Of a stretch of DNA of 64,000 nt, positions 1 through 13,844 are shown in pieces (the first letter of the stretch is position 1; each line of letters starts with the position of its first letter). The notes beneath the pieces are model-generated. The model saw nothing but the letters and a program-made list of their open reading frames with translations. It made no database searches and was not told the DNA's origin. Made by a program: the position numbers and the translations under genes. The stretch is from Novakomyces olei. Lineage: Eukaryota. The stretch is taken from the NCBI GenBank assembly GCA_016906335.1, contig JADEYG010000001.1, positions 248,001 to 312,000 of the forward strand. The letters are read 5' to 3'.

Positions 1-153
1 ACTAGTTCATATCCTTTGATAAAAAAAACAAAACAAATGAAGTATGTTTAAACAGATCAACAAACAAGAAAACAAAACCCCGTGAATTTGAGCAGATAAA
101 GCACATCCAAAACCGCAAAATCTAACAAATAAATAAACATAAAAACGACTTAC

Positions 154-2007
154 TGTTGATATGTCCCAGGCTGATAGTAAAACATGAAAAACAACGTATC
201 CGTATCCATTTTCTCTACTGCAAAAGGAGATTCCAGCGAGCGCAATGGGTGCTGAGGGTAATAAGGCGGAACAGTAAAAGGGTTTCGCGGTTTGTAGGGC
301 GGTTGCAATTCACTATCAGCCGCATCCGTCACATGATGAAATGATGCACTTAATAAAGCACCCGTTTCTGCATAGCTTCTTTGTCCCAAAAATTTTGATC
401 GCGCGGATTCAAACGACGTAGCCAAATCTTGAATACCTTGCGGTAAATCAGCGGTCAAGCTAGCTGCCTGCTGCACTTGAGTCTTTTGATTAGTATTGAA
501 ATTATTGTTTTGAACTACAGATGAGACCGTATTGGCCGCAGTCAGTGAGGGCGATGACGCTGTTCCGTCTGTTTCAATGCCTGGCAGTGTCGTCCCCGGC
601 TGCCTCTGAGAAGGTAAACCTGGTGCTCCAGACCCTGTGGCTCCACTGGGCGTTCTTTGAGCAGAATCTGTGTCTGGTTTTGCTATAGACGAAGACGAAG
701 ATGAAGCAGCAGCAGCAAATGCATACTGTAAACCTTCTGCACGGGGTTTGGGAGCTGGAGGCAAAGGAGCAATCTTGTGTGCACCACTTCCTCCTGATTG
801 TGACGAGAAATCACGAGACGGTAATTTCGCAGGAGTAACTGAAGGCTTCCTTGCAGTTGTAGACGGAGCAGCAGGTTGAGCAGTGACGGGTAATGGCCTT
901 GACGCCAATCCTGCTCCGGTAGGAGCAGTCTCCTTTTTGCTGCTGAGGAGTGAAGGTGAGTTAGAAGCACCTTCATTAGGACCTGCTTTGTCTGGTGAAG
1001 ACGAAGTCTTGTCCTCTTTCTTGTCCTTGCTCGCTTTTTCATCTTCTTTCTCAGTCCTGTTACTTTCGCTATTCAGGTTGTAAATAAGATCGTCTGTAGG
1101 CGGTTCGTCCTCCACTAGCTCCGGCTCTGCGACCAGTTCATCCGAGTCAAGATTTAGATCTTCATAAATGTCATCATCTTCCGCAAAATCAACGTCCTGG
1201 TTCGATTCGACATAGTACGCAACGTCCTCTTTGATCTTATCAACCTGTGAGGGAGAGAGTGAGTCATTCTCAAGCAGCCTTAAAATCTTTTCAAGTCTGC
1301 CTTGATGCCATTTATGTCGATCTATGAAATGCTCAACCTCATGCAGTCGATCCTGCTTTGAAGCATCACGCGATTTCTTCTTGACCGAGCTGTGTAAAGA
1401 ATCTTGTTCTGACTCTAATTGCTCTAACTGCCGATCCAGCTCTTCAATCATAGACGATATCCATTGGCCAATTTCTGATTTTTCTTTCTCTTTGGGATCC
1501 AATTTAGCCGCTGCTGATAAGCCTTCTTTACTAAACGCTTTTGTCTTCATTTCTTTCTCGACCGCCTTGAACTCCTCCATTTTCTGATTGTTAAATTAGT
1601 AAAAAAGACACCTCCAGCCAGAAACCATACCGTTTCAATCAGCCTTCGATTTTCAAGAAGAGGCTTCTTGTCCTTGATATCGCTGCTAGCAGCCCATGTT
1701 TTAATTTGGTCTCGAAGCCGTTGTAACCGTTTGATCTCTTTCTTTAAATCCGATTCGAGCTTTTCCTTTTGCGACTGGTTATTTGAGGCATCTAATTTGA
1801 ACTGAATATCATCAAAAGCCGCAATCTTTGTCAATTTAGCAACCAAGTTATAATCAAAACGATTTTTCTGTTGTGTCAATACCCCTTCTTGAACCTTTTT
1901 GAAGGTCCTGTCTATCTCGGCTAAATATTAAGTTAGCGATCATGAATTTTTCGCTCAGTGAAAGCATGTCATGATCTGTGCTTACCCTGAAGTTTCCGTG
2001 CCGCCAT
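154..2007 (-). CDS. NOT3: CCR4-NOT subunit Not3/Not5, spliced; 3' end lies beyond the window start
   Basis: Inferred exons 2007-1986 (MAARKLQ), 1920-1883, 1825-1631 and 1583-154, with GT..AG introns and CTAA branch points. Not3 N-terminus ([44 protein letters not shown]) and NOT box start ([16 protein letters not shown]), followed by a GTAAGT donor at 153. Confidence 0.93.
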
Positions 2008-2199
2008 CTTTCGTGGATGTTGGCGAACGACACTCCAATTACCGTCGCTTGTCTGTCGCGCAGGACTGATCAATATATATATTGAGCACAATGTATAATC
2101 TAGTTCAGCATATAATGTGTTGTACGACACATCGAATTATATACTGCTTCTTAGCGAAAATCGTGGTATAGAAAGGATTAGGGTTAATATTAGACAGGG

Positions 2200-2459
<260 letters not shown>

Positions 2460-2522
2460 GAGGATTTTGGAGAATACTAAATTAGCTGCCTTGCTCATAT
2501 GCATTGATAACTGAATGTATGA

Positions 2523-5001
2523 ATGAGGCTAATTAAACAGAAACTTGCCGTCGACGTACGACGGACTACGCGAAAATGTCTCGAGATATTTGCAAATTCG
2601 TTATTGTCTCCACGAAGGCTGTCTTCGTCAGACACGAATAAACATATCACAGAACAACGTGTATTACGAAAAACTTTACCAAATCTTGCAGAAATTCCGA
2701 TGAAAAGAATCCGTAATTGGGCAGTAATCGCACACATTGATCATGGAAAATCCACTTGTATGTGTCTATCCCGTTGGTTTTGCCATTTAGTTTTAGCTTT
2801 CCTTTCATTTTTACTAACTTCAAATATGTATCTGTTTTTCCGTCCCTAACTAATGATTGTATAGTAAGCGACCGGCTGTTAGAGCTCACAAATACTATTT
2901 CTCCAGATGCAAACAATCGACAAGTTTTGGATAAATTAAAAGTTGAGCAAGAACGAGGAATCACGGTAAAGGCACAAACTGCGAGCATGATGTATTCATA
3001 TAAAGGTGACGACTACCTCTTGAACCTTGTCGACACTCCAGGACACGTTGATTTTCGAACAGAAGTATCTCGCAGTCTTGCTGCTTGTCAAGGCTGTGTT
3101 CTTCTTATTGACGCCACTCAAGGCATACAAGCACAAACGGTATATTCTTCTTTCGACTCTTTTATTAAGTATAATAGCGAGATTTCGATTTACTAAGCTT
3201 TACAGGTTGCAAACTTCTATTTGGCATTTTCAGAGGGTCTTATAATCGTGCCAGTATTGAATAAGATTGACATGCCTACAGCAGATCCGGAACGCATTTT
3301 AGAGCAAATTAAAACACAATTTGATTTAGATCCATCTTGTGCTTCTCTTGTGTCAGCCAAAACGGGTCTAGGCGTTGATAAAATATTGCCCACTATTATT
3401 GAGCGAATACCACCGTACGTTTGTAACTGAAAATCAAATACTTTTTTTTAGTTTTGACTCATTTAATTTTTAATTTTCAAATTTTTAATTTTGTTATTTA
3501 TTTTAAATATATGTGTACATATATATGTTCCCGATTTCCTGGCCTAATCTATTTGCAATTTTAGACCCTCTGGTTCCCCAACGAGCCCTTTAAAAGCGCT
3601 TTTGATAGATTCGTGGTATGATAACTACGTGGGGGTTATCGCTTTGCTTCGTATATTTGATGGATCTCTTTCAAAAGGAGACAAAATTACGTCTTGTTAC
3701 ACAGGATTGAAGTATGAAGTCAGCGAGGTCGGAATAATGTATCCTGATCGCACACCAGCTCCAAGACTTTATGCTGGACAAGTGGGATACATGTCATGTG
3801 GAATGAAGACCTCTTCAGACGCTCATGTGGGGGACACGTTCCATTTATCAAGTACGCCCGTTGAACCATTACCCGGATTTGAGCCAGTTAAGCCTATGGT
3901 TTTTGTTGGAGCCTTCCCGGTCGACAGTAAGTTGTACGAGAAGATAAACGACAGCATTGAACAGCTGGTACTAAACGACCGGAGCATTACTGTTGAAAAA
4001 GAATCAAGTAATGCTTTGGGGATGGGGTGGAGGTTTGGGTTCCTGGGTACCCTTCATCTCAGCGTCTTTGCGGAGCGTTTAAGGGACGAGCACGGAGGCG
4101 AAATAATTATCACCGCCCCCACAGTGCCATTTAAAATAATTTTTAACGATGGGTCGGAAGAATTGATTTCTAATCCTCAAAATTTTCCAGAAGCATCCGA
4201 GTTATCGACCAAAGTTCGAGATATTTTGGAGCCGATAGTAGAGGCAAGCATTATTCTACCCAGTGAATTTATCGGCGATGTTATTGAGCTATGTGAAGCC
4301 AGTCGCGGAGAGCAAAACGAATACTCTTTTCTCTCAGAGTCACGAGTGCTTTTGAAGTATAAATTGCCTTTATCCGTACTCGCAGATAATTTCTTTGGGA
4401 AATTGAAAGGAAGAACTAAAGGTTACGCGTCTTTGGACTATGAGGATTGCGGGTATCAGAGTGCCGATCTGGTAAAACTTAGTCTTCTAGTCAATAAAAT
4501 GCCAGTTGACGCACTTTGTGCTGTCATGCATAGATCTCAAATTTCAGCAAAGGGGCGTGAATGGGTATCTCGATTGAAACCATTAATCGACCGCCAGCAA
4601 TTTGAAGTTGTCATACAAGCTGCAGTGGGGAAGCAAATAGTTGCGAGGGAAACAATAAAAGCAGTTCGAAAAGACGTGGCCGCCAAGCTTTATGGTGGTG
4701 ATTGGACGAGACGCATGAAGCTTTTAGAAAAGCAGAAAAAGGGAAAAAGTCGACTTCAGCAAATTGGTTCGGTAAGTTTTTCTTACTATATTTGTATACA
4801 AAACATTGAGGAGAAATTGAAAAACAAAGAAATTAAAAAATCTCTAAATTAAAATAAAAACCCCCCAAACGGATATTAAAAACAAACAACAAACAAAAAC
4901 CAAACACTCGATTTTTCATTTGAGTCTAACTGTTGCAGGTGAGTGTAGACCAGAAAGCGTTTCATGAATTTTTACGGCAAGAATCAATTACAACAGCATA
5001 A
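2523..5001 (+). CDS. GUF1: Mitochondrial translation factor GUF1/LepA (EF4), 5 exons
   Basis: Inferred exons 2523-2757, 2865-3139, 3206-3414, 3565-4771 and 4939-5001. Motifs [36 protein letters not shown] and LepA C-terminus ([21 protein letters not shown]). Confidence 0.95.
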
Positions 5002-5126
5002 CATTGAGATGAGATACCAGCATGTATAAATGGATTTTGTACTTAATAATATTCCTATAAATCTCAAGTTTGCCATTTCCTGTCCTGAACGTCTACTCCA
5101 CATAAATAGAAAGATGTTTTTTTTTT

Positions 5127-6767
5127 TCACGTTTTCTTTCCAAATTGTGATTCTGTGGAATTCTTCATGGCGCTTGTGCTAGAAAGACCTCCGCCAACGA
5201 TATTTAGCAGGGAGTCAATATACTGCGCTCCTGACCACTTTTGGTGAGTGAGCACTTCCACATGATTCTCCCGCTCTGGCTCTTGGATCATCTCCACATA
5301 AGCCTCCATACCCCGCCGGGAGTATTCGCGAGCAAAAGTATCGATAGCTAGAGCGGTAGCATGCAGTCCAGCCAATGTGATAAATTGCCATACAAACCCA
5401 AGCTTAGCAATGTCTTCAATAAAAGTCCGAATCTCCTTGCTGGAAAGACCCGAGGCGGCCCAGTTGAAACTAGGTGACAGATTGTAAGCCAGCCATTGCT
5501 CCGGGTACACAGAACGAACACCATCGGCAAATTGCTTGGCCTGTGAATAAATAGGCTTCTCTGTTTCCATCCACAAGAGATCAGAATAAGGAGCAAAAGC
5601 AATAGCCCGCTCAGTCGCATAGGCAGTTCCTCCACTGATTCGATAGAAGCCTTCACGAGCACGAGGAGTGTTCCAGTCAAAATATATGGTGTTGCCAATA
5701 ATAGACTTAAGTGCCTCTTGTGCTTCAACAAGAGACTTGCCTGCAATCTGCTTAATGAACTTGTCCTGTAAAGCTTTTGCGTTAGAAGAGGCCTTGGGGC
5801 TTTTGGAGATCGCTGCCAAAGCGGCTTCTGGGAAAGTGGAAAGGCCAGCATCTTTAACCCACTGGTCCTCCAAGGCTTGCAATTCTGGGCCCAACTTCCC
5901 GGCCTTCTGCCCATCGTCGAGAACTTCCACGAGCGGGCCTAATTGTGGATTTGTTGATCCGATGATATGCAAATGATCGCGTTTGTCAATAGTAGATGTA
6001 ATCATAGTGGCAGCCTGAGCGTCGGTACGGGAAACAACAAGATTGCCCACACCCATAATATCCATTTGAGCGCGGATAGCTACAAGACGGTTGATATGCT
6101 CCGAAATGGGTACAAGCACTTTTCCACCAAGATGACCACATTTTTTGGTGCCAGGAGCCTGATCTTCAATATGAATACCGGCCGCGCCCTTCTCTATAAA
6201 CATCTTCGTAAGTTTCATAACGGCAGTTAGACCTCCGTGACCCGTATCACCATCCGCAATGATTGGCCTCAAAAAGTCGATTGGATTCGGCAAATTCTTG
6301 CGCTCTGCAGGAGGCAAAGAAAGTCGTTCAGATCGCTGTTTACGATCGTGAAACAACTGGGCCATAAACAAATGCTCGACTTTGTTGGGGACGGTATTGG
6401 AAGGGTAATCCGCAATGTCCGGCCCTGGTTCATTTGAGCTGGAGGCAGTCGAAGAGCATTGCCATCCAGACACGTATATAGTATCCACGTACTTTGCCAT
6501 TTGTGCTACGTGAATTGGATCCAATGCACCAAACGTCCGTGAAGCAGTGCCATTGCGAGCATGCTCCTCCAATAAAGCATACAATTTATCTCCCAAGCGT
6601 CCCGAGAGATACTCGGGGCGAGCAATACTCGTTCCTCGCTTCGAAGCAATTTCTTCAGCAGTATAAGGTCTCAAAATATTTTTGAAACGGGGACTTGTCC
6701 ACCATTTCTTTAGCTCCTGTACTTGCTGTTGAAAGTCCGCTTCTTCAGAATCGCGAGCTAGTCCCAT
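5127..6767 (-). CDS. ICL1: Isocitrate lyase
   Basis: ATG at 6767. Motifs [36 protein letters not shown] and HQKWSGA. Confidence 0.95.
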   Translation of the reverse strand: MGLARDSEEADFQQQVQELKKWWTSPRFKNILRPYTAEEIASKRGTSIARPEYLSGRLGDKLYALLEEHARNGTASRTFGALDPIHVAQMAKYVDTIYVSGWQCSSTASSSNEPGPDIADYPSNTVPNKVEHLFMAQLFHDRKQRSERLSLPPAERKNLPNPIDFLRPIIADGDTGHGGLTAVMKLTKMFIEKGAAGIHIEDQAPGTKKCGHLGGKVLVPISEHINRLVAIRAQMDIMGVGNLVVSRTDAQAATMITSTIDKRDHLHIIGSTNPQLGPLVEVLDDGQKAGKLGPELQALEDQWVKDAGLSTFPEAALAAISKSPKASSNAKALQDKFIKQIAGKSLVEAQEALKSIIGNTIYFDWNTPRAREGFYRISGGTAYATERAIAFAPYSDLLWMETEKPIYSQAKQFADGVRSVYPEQWLAYNLSPSFNWAASGLSSKEIRTFIEDIAKLGFVWQFITLAGLHATALAIDTFAREYSRRGMEAYVEMIQEPERENHVEVLTHQKWSGAQYIDSLLNIVGGGLSSTSAMKNSTESQFGKKT

Positions 6768-7557
6768 TGTGTAATTATTTTTTAACCTCAACAAAATATC
6801 AACACGTTCACTGTGCCAATTGATTCCAAAGGCACCATTATATACTGGATATAAATTGAATATTTCCTTCCCTTTCCCCGCATATCCGGATTAAGAGGAC
6901 CCGGTTGAGCGGCGAGTAGATCAATATGTAAGTAGTGCCTACGGGCAAAGTGGTTTATTCCCCGGATATTACAATAGTGAGAGAACTAATTAGAAAAGCC
7001 GTGGAAATATTTTTCTTTACCGTAAATTCATTAATTTAAGGATAAGTGGTTTTACAGCAAACTTGAATTTGAGATAAGATGTTAAACAACTGGGAACGAG
7101 ACCTAAAATATTGGGTATATTTTTTATGATTTACAACATACGCTATCTGATACGCAACGACATCCATCAAAAGGCATAGAGATAGAAAATAAAAAATAAA
7201 AAGAAAGACTAGAAATTAGAGAGACTGCGCGATATCCGATTAATTGTTTATAGGAATCAAATTGTATGATTTTAGCCATAAGATTAATGCAGTGATAAAA
7301 TGACCTGATATTTTATTTCTACTGGACTGAATAGATTTAAAGACATAGAATAGAAAAACCGATATTGCTGCTCATGTTCATGGGCTTTCATTTATTTATT
7401 TATTCTTCCTTCAGATGACCCAGAGCGAACGGATCTCCATGTGCTTAACGAATTAATTTAAGAATATCGAAAATTTGATAAGCCGCTAGAACATTCCATC
7501 CACTAGTACATTTTCCGTATCAATTTTTAATGCGTTTTCAACGAGTAAAAGACACCA

Positions 7558-9522
7558 CTATATCGTTGTACACGGGCCTTTGCTCATGTACTTGAACTTT
7601 CGCGTAACACGAGACCGTTGACTTTGATCGCTAACGCTTTCGTGATTTGTAATATCTGACTTGTATGTTAGTAAGGTCTATTCTAAACAGCCAATTACCA
7701 AGACAAAACTTGTTGATGGGGACTGGCGATAAAGAGATAATGCGATCCTATGCCCATATGTGTCGTTACTATTTTCTGTCCTTAACCCTTGCCTTGAATT
7801 AAGAGAGCTATGGACTGAAATAGAGGCATTGTCTGTATCCAAAATACCCCTATAGCCATGGATTTTCCGTCGTGAAACATCATTGTTCGCACAGTCAAAT
7901 GAACAATGTTCAAGTTCAGTAAGCACCCCTTTATTGCGATTTCGATCGGATAGAATGGCCGCCTGAGGAGCCGCTGGAGCTCGATCATTTGCTGCTTCAG
8001 CCTGCCAGCTGCCTGCAGTCGCTTGTGTATCCATCGACTTGGAGTCATCGCTTATTGTGAATTTTGTAGATGCATAACTATGTATTGCAATCATACATAA
8101 AAGCGGCCAATAAAAGGGGCAAACCAAGACATTTAAAAAGGCAAATGCAAGATGCAACGCAGCCAAGGAAATCAGTCCAGATATTCCTCTAACGCGAAAT
8201 GTCCGGACACACGTACGCGGTATCACGAATGGGTGCACAAATAGCTGTTTGATTCGAAACCAATATGAAAGAGCAAATGGACTGGTAGCGGGAAGATCGC
8301 AAGGCAAAAATGCACTTGGATCAGTCGGATGCTTCAGGTTTTCTCTTATCCTATCAAAATGACGGAATTTCTCTAAAGTGCCCAAAATTGGGACGTTCAG
8401 ACTGATTGTTGAAGTCAAAGTCTCCTTCAGAGACGCAAATGGCGTCTGCTCCGTATTTCCTCCAAGATCACGCCTCAAAGTCATCTCCATGTTGAATATT
8501 AAAATGAAAATAAGAAACCCTCCAACATTTACTTTCTTGATGATTTTCAACATTATTCCATATCTGTTCTTACCAGAGAAAATGGTTTTCAAATTTCGTG
8601 TCAGACACCTCCTTTGAGGGAACAAGTGTTCACCTCGAGAATTATTGTGTAACGATGTTGCTAAGCACTCTCGGGGACCTAACTCAAGATCTGCTGATGG
8701 CAAATCAGGAGCAAAGACATCTTTAACAAAGGCAGCCCTCGTATAACACTGGTTTAGCTGCTGTTCGAGACTATCACTATCGTCCTTGGTCTGGTAAAAT
8801 TTCCAAATATATCTGCGCCATAAATTCTCGACCGTCCTTGAGTAACTCGTACAAACATCCGAATTTAAAAGCGCTAAAGTCAAAAAAAGCATCCTTGCCA
8901 TATAGTCCACCAGTATCGCAGAAATAAAGAATACCATATATGAAAGACTTGCAATGTGCATTGCAAAATATTCACCAGAGTCCAATCCAATCGTATAGAG
9001 GTAGCGAAGAGCCATGAAATGGATAGGAAACGTTGCAATTGTGCTTGTTGCGTATATTACCGCAAGCTCTGAGGGCATCCAAGAGTACGGTAGCCACCAA
9101 GTTGGTTTTCGTGGCTCAATTAAGGCCAGCGCGGCGTTGCTAATAGGCTTCCCAATACATAAAAAGCGACAAGGTCCACATTTCAAATCATCCATGACCC
9201 AGGATATAAGGGATATGTATGATATCATTTGAAGATGAAGAATACCCGTCTCATTAATGTACACTAACGAAAGAGCGCTCAAGCATCCTGTGAAAAAGTA
9301 CCCTGCCCGACAATGTTTTTCCAAGTCAGCACGACTTTGTGATAGCGTTGTTGAAATGATGTTGAAAAGGATGTGACTGTAAACTAAAAGTCGATTACCC
9401 ACGCTTGCAATGGGTGGAACTGCGAGTTCGGGGTACTCCTTCACCGGTTCACGAAGCAAAATTATGGACAGTAAGCCATAGCTGACTGTCAAGCAAATAT
9501 AAAAGGCAACGAGTCTTCTCAT
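7558..9522 (-). CDS. Hypothetical multi-pass membrane protein, family not recognised
   Basis: ~615-codon ORF with several hydrophobic segments; first ATG at 9522. A probable 39-nt intron at 7698-7660 (GTAATT..TACTAAC..AAG) adds a 34-codon last exon ending in TAG at 7558. Confidence 0.6.
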
Positions 9523-10610
9523 TGGGCGACAGGCTGAATATCCAGGTATCAAACATTATTAAGCCTGATCGGCTATAAGCACATTTATAACAGAAAAAAG
9601 GCCTCGCACAAAATTAACGCATCTCGCTGAGGCGTTTTGACTTAATATTAATAGGTGTCCCATATTTAGTCGCCTTTAACCCCTCACCGCCAGTTCTTGC
9701 AAACGAAATTGAGAGTTGAGTGCGGAGCAGAAGCTCGCCTCAGTCATGTTCTTTGTCGCGTCGTAATTAATTACCACTTGACTCTGCCAAGAGTATCATC
9801 GATTTGAGGCCGTTTCGAAATAGAAAGCGATAAGCTTCACAAATATTTACGTTACTTCATAAACCGAAGATTATTGGAAAAGGGCAGATTTAGGGTTTAT
9901 CTCACAATATGTATCATAGCGCACTCTCAATGACGAAGTCTCAAAACACGTACACTTCTAACACTCAAAAACGCTGTCGACTGCTATGGCTCCAGGGTTT
10001 TCTTTAGCTGGGTTTTCTACACATAGACATGGTCTGTGAAGGCGTGAAGCACAAGGTGGCTAATGTCAACAACCTAGTCCACATCAGCCAGTCTGCGACC
10101 TCTCTATTTACGCATTTAATAGGCAGGCCTTCAAACAAATCCCAAGGCTTCATAAGTGCTGAACGAAGCCCTTCAAGTAGATAAGTATTTTATAGGCCTG
10201 CCCAATATATGGTTTCGAAATAGATGTGTGTGTAAACTTGCTAATCGGCAATAAGCTACATCTACAGAAGCTTCTGTTATTTTTATTGGTAGGAAAAGTC
10301 CGCAGATAATTAACAGAATCATTTACAAGCTGGACGCAGGTACGTCACTTGCACGCTATACGTGTCCATGACAATGCAGGCCGAATAGTAGAGGAAATCA
10401 ATTAATATAAACCGTTGTCAATTGGGTAAACATCTGTCAAAAAGCATCAATATGACCTGACTATACCTCAAACTTCTTGCTGTAGACCCATATAAAGACC
10501 GCTATCCACCATTAAAACTTCATATCACCAAACCTAGTAATGTGCTACATAGAACATACAACCCACAGCTTTTAACAAAATAATAAACGAACACAAACAC
10601 AAGCCATCTC

Positions 10611-11393
10611 TCAGTACCTTAGTTGTATCCCGTGATCATGGCCCGGTGCATTATGACCTAGCGCGGGATAACTCTCAGAATTCTGGCTTTGGAGAGTAGC
10701 AAACCCAGTTGCTTGTCTATTGGATGTGTTTCCAGATTCAAGTTCAATGCCAATTCCCCCATTTGCACGTGCGACATTACAATCCCGATGAGCCAAGAGT
10801 ATGGTTTTAAGGTTGACGATTTCTTCTCGTAATTGCGTTACCTGGGCACTTAAAGCATCGTTTTCACTGCCGTAAAACTCCACTTTTGCTTGTAAATTTG
10901 CAAGCCATTGCTTTTTCCTCTGGCGGCATTTGAGAGCAGCTTGGCGATTTCTTTCGAGAAAATTCTTTCGCTTTTCATCATCCGTTTCTGCTTTCACTCG
11001 TTTAGAGTCACCATTACTACCACGACCCCGCCCATTCTCAGACTTTCCGATTGGCGAAAGGCTTCCATCGTCGTGACTATCATGCATGTTTTCATCATCA
11101 TTGGTTCCGCTAATATCCTCCTGTGATTCTGAGCGTTGTTTTATCGTTGAACGACGGACCCTTTTAGGCCTCCCATTGTTCGCTTCACCTGGAATACCAT
11201 TTGAGAAATTGCTGAAACTACTCGCAGCGCTCGGCTTGCGGCCCCGCGCGTTACGTTTTCCAGGCTGAAACGACCGTTCACTTTGTGGTGAATGATCATC
11301 CGTTGCGGAATGCGATTGAGACAAAGGATGATGCCCTTCTGAATTTAGCGACGTATTACCTTTAGCACTATTCAATCCTTGTTTTTGCTGCGC

Positions 11394-11441
<48 letters not shown>

Positions 11442-12233
11442 TTGTTGTTGTTGTTGTTGTTGTTGCTGTTGCTGTTGTTGCTGTTGTTGCTGTTGTTGCT
11501 GTTGTTGCTGGCCTTGTGATAACATAAACAAGCCATTAACTGCAGCTGAAGAGGCATGGTCAAAGTAATCCGACATCGGCTGTTGTGCCATTCTATTAGC
11601 CTCATCATTTCCTGGCGTTGTTCCATTAACAAAACCCAAAAGAGCCGCAGTAGTAGGACTTGGAGCGGGGAACATAGAATTTGGATTTCCAGGGGTTAAG
11701 CCAGTACGTATGCCAGACTCGTTTGGGGTAAGTCCAGTGCGGAAAGCAGAAGGATCAAAGGGTAGCATACTAGACCCACCTGGCGTGGCCAACTGTGAAG
11801 GGGCTTGCAGCATTGCAGGAGACATCGGTCCCGATCTTAGGCCAGCGAGACCCGGCCAACCCGGGAGATTTCCTCCAGAGCTTTGCGAACCAGAATTATT
11901 AGTGTTTGTTCCCGTGTTGGTGCTGCTTGACTGTTGAGGCTGAGGTGAGGTTAAGCTTGTTAGAGGCGGTAACATCTCTCTTTTGACGGGAGTCGGCTGT
12001 GATGTAGCTGCCGTTGCGGTGTCCGTTAAATTTCCCGGGCCTCCATTAGGACCCGCTACATTCGACTGACTCTGGCTTAAATTCTTTTCGTCTGCGTCTG
12101 GCCGATTGCCTGCTTCATTCCGTTTCAAGGCATCAGTAGCTTTGTTGTCGTCATTCGCTGGGACCGCCGCGCCGCCAGCAGTGGGCGAGCGCGCGGAGAA
12201 TGATTTTTCAAAGGGGTTTGGTTCCGACTCCAC
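10611..12233 (-). CDS. atf1: ATF/CREB-family bZIP transcription factor (Atf1/AtfA-like) with polyQ
   Basis: N-terminal EPNPFEKSF motif, LRSGPMSPAML and RTGLTP motifs, bZIP EKRKNFLERNRQAALKCRQRKKQWLANLQAKVE. Start codon uncertain (GTG at 12233). Confidence 0.9.
11394..11510 (-). repeat. CAG/CAA repeat encoding polyQ in atf1
   Basis: (TGC/TGT)n on + strand; ~38 consecutive Gln in the ORF. Confidence 0.95.
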
Positions 12234-12418
12234 TTTGACTCAAATAATATAGTGGTGACCGTGCGCGCGCGAGGCTCGCAATGGACCACTCAATGCCGAA
12301 CAAGGGAATAGAACTGCTTCGTCCCAGGTAAACGACCTATGATGAAATATTTTCAATGCTGTATTTTGTAATGTTTTTATTGTGTCTGTTTAGCTATAAA
12401 TTACTGGTTTTTAATAAA

Positions 12419-12426
12419 TTACGTCA
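12419..12426 (-). promoter_or_regulatory. CRE-like site TGACGTAA upstream of atf1
   Basis: TTACGTCA on +, ~190 bp upstream of the atf1 ORF; matches the ATF/CREB consensus. Confidence 0.45.
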
Positions 12427-12896
12427 GTAATTTGGCTTGTGGACAAGTAACCCTATAGGAGGGAGATAAATTTGAAAGGAAAACGTTAATTAATAATATG
12501 GTCGACCATGGTCGTGTATTTAGTCCGTATAGATTGGCAAGCAATGCAGTTCCGATTCCTTTGACCTTCGTTTTCCATGTCTAACTAATACAAGTTGGAC
12601 GCAAATGTGTACATCTGAACAATCTATCAGTCATTTCTATGTATTGAGCGATCACTTGTACATTAATATTTTTGGCCCCATATATCCATCTGTACGCTAA
12701 TCAAGACCGTGACCAAATGATTCCTTGTACTCGCGTTCGCATCGCGAACATGCATAATAAACTCCAACTAAATTCATGCTGCTTAACATCAAGTTTTTCG
12801 CAGAGCTGTTCACAAATTCGATAAAAATGCCATCTTTATGGCGATAGAAGTTTCCTGACATTTTATGATGGTCTTAAATGTGATATGAATAGCAAA

Positions 12897-13043
12897 TGAT
12901 CACAGAAGCGAACGATCACAGAAACAGGATCTATGCTGTTAACTATATTTTACTCAATAGTATAAGAAAATGATCACAGAAACAGGATCTATGCAGTTAT
13001 CTTTACAAGTAATATAAGGAAATGATCACAGAAACAGGATCTA
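12897..13043 (+). repeat. Short direct repeats of GATCACAGAAACAGGATCTA
   Basis: Three full copies (~12914, ~12972, ~13024) and one partial copy at ~12898. Confidence 0.8.
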
Positions 13044-13844
13044 CATACCTAAATCCGTCATACCTGTTTGTTTTCAAGACATAGCCCCTGAGTTACGTGA
13101 GGCCTTTTTAACAATTCAGGACCTGGGGCCTTTTCAATTTGAGGCGGTTCTTAATATATATATATATATATGTACCTCGAACTCAAGGCTCCTCTATCAT
13201 CTCTATCACTTTGCCTCAAGCTTAAGTCTTTATAGCGAACGATTGCTAAAGGTCTAGGAAGATGGACAGCGCGCTTGTGGTCGTGGTCGCGAATGGCGAG
13301 CATAAACAAGCCCAATCTCCTCCAGATTTGTCCGCAGCATGAAATAATTGGGACCAAAGTCTCTAAAGCTGGAAGGTGTTGAGCATCACGAGATGCCTTT
13401 TATTCAACACGATCTAGATGATACCTATAAGTAAGTTCCTTGATTATTGAAGAGAAAGAACTCTGGCAACGTACATGCCAAGTATAATACCGGTTCTTTT
13501 GCCAAAATCAGGGCCTCATTAGAGTCAAATTTTGTGGATTGGACCTTAAAGACCTTAAAGATCGGAAAACACACTATGTACTTACCACAGCACCTGCATC
13601 GCATCGCTTTGCCAGTCTTCATAAAGAAATGCATCCACAACAAGCACACGAAAAACCAGCATACTAGCAGCACGAAGCTGATTTATTTTTACGGATGTGT
13701 GTCTTTATGTTGGAGGCCTAGAGAAAAATGGGAAGAGAAATACGTGCGAAGGCGTTTTCCCAAACAGCCCAGACTTTATTGTTGAATCTATCGGAAGAAA
13801 CACGTACGCAATTAACGTTAAAAAGAAAGCCTGGAAAAGGAAAA

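Noticed and set aside
13065-13425. Possible solo LTR around the (TA)n run
   Set aside because: No second copy in the window and no convincing termini or TSD.
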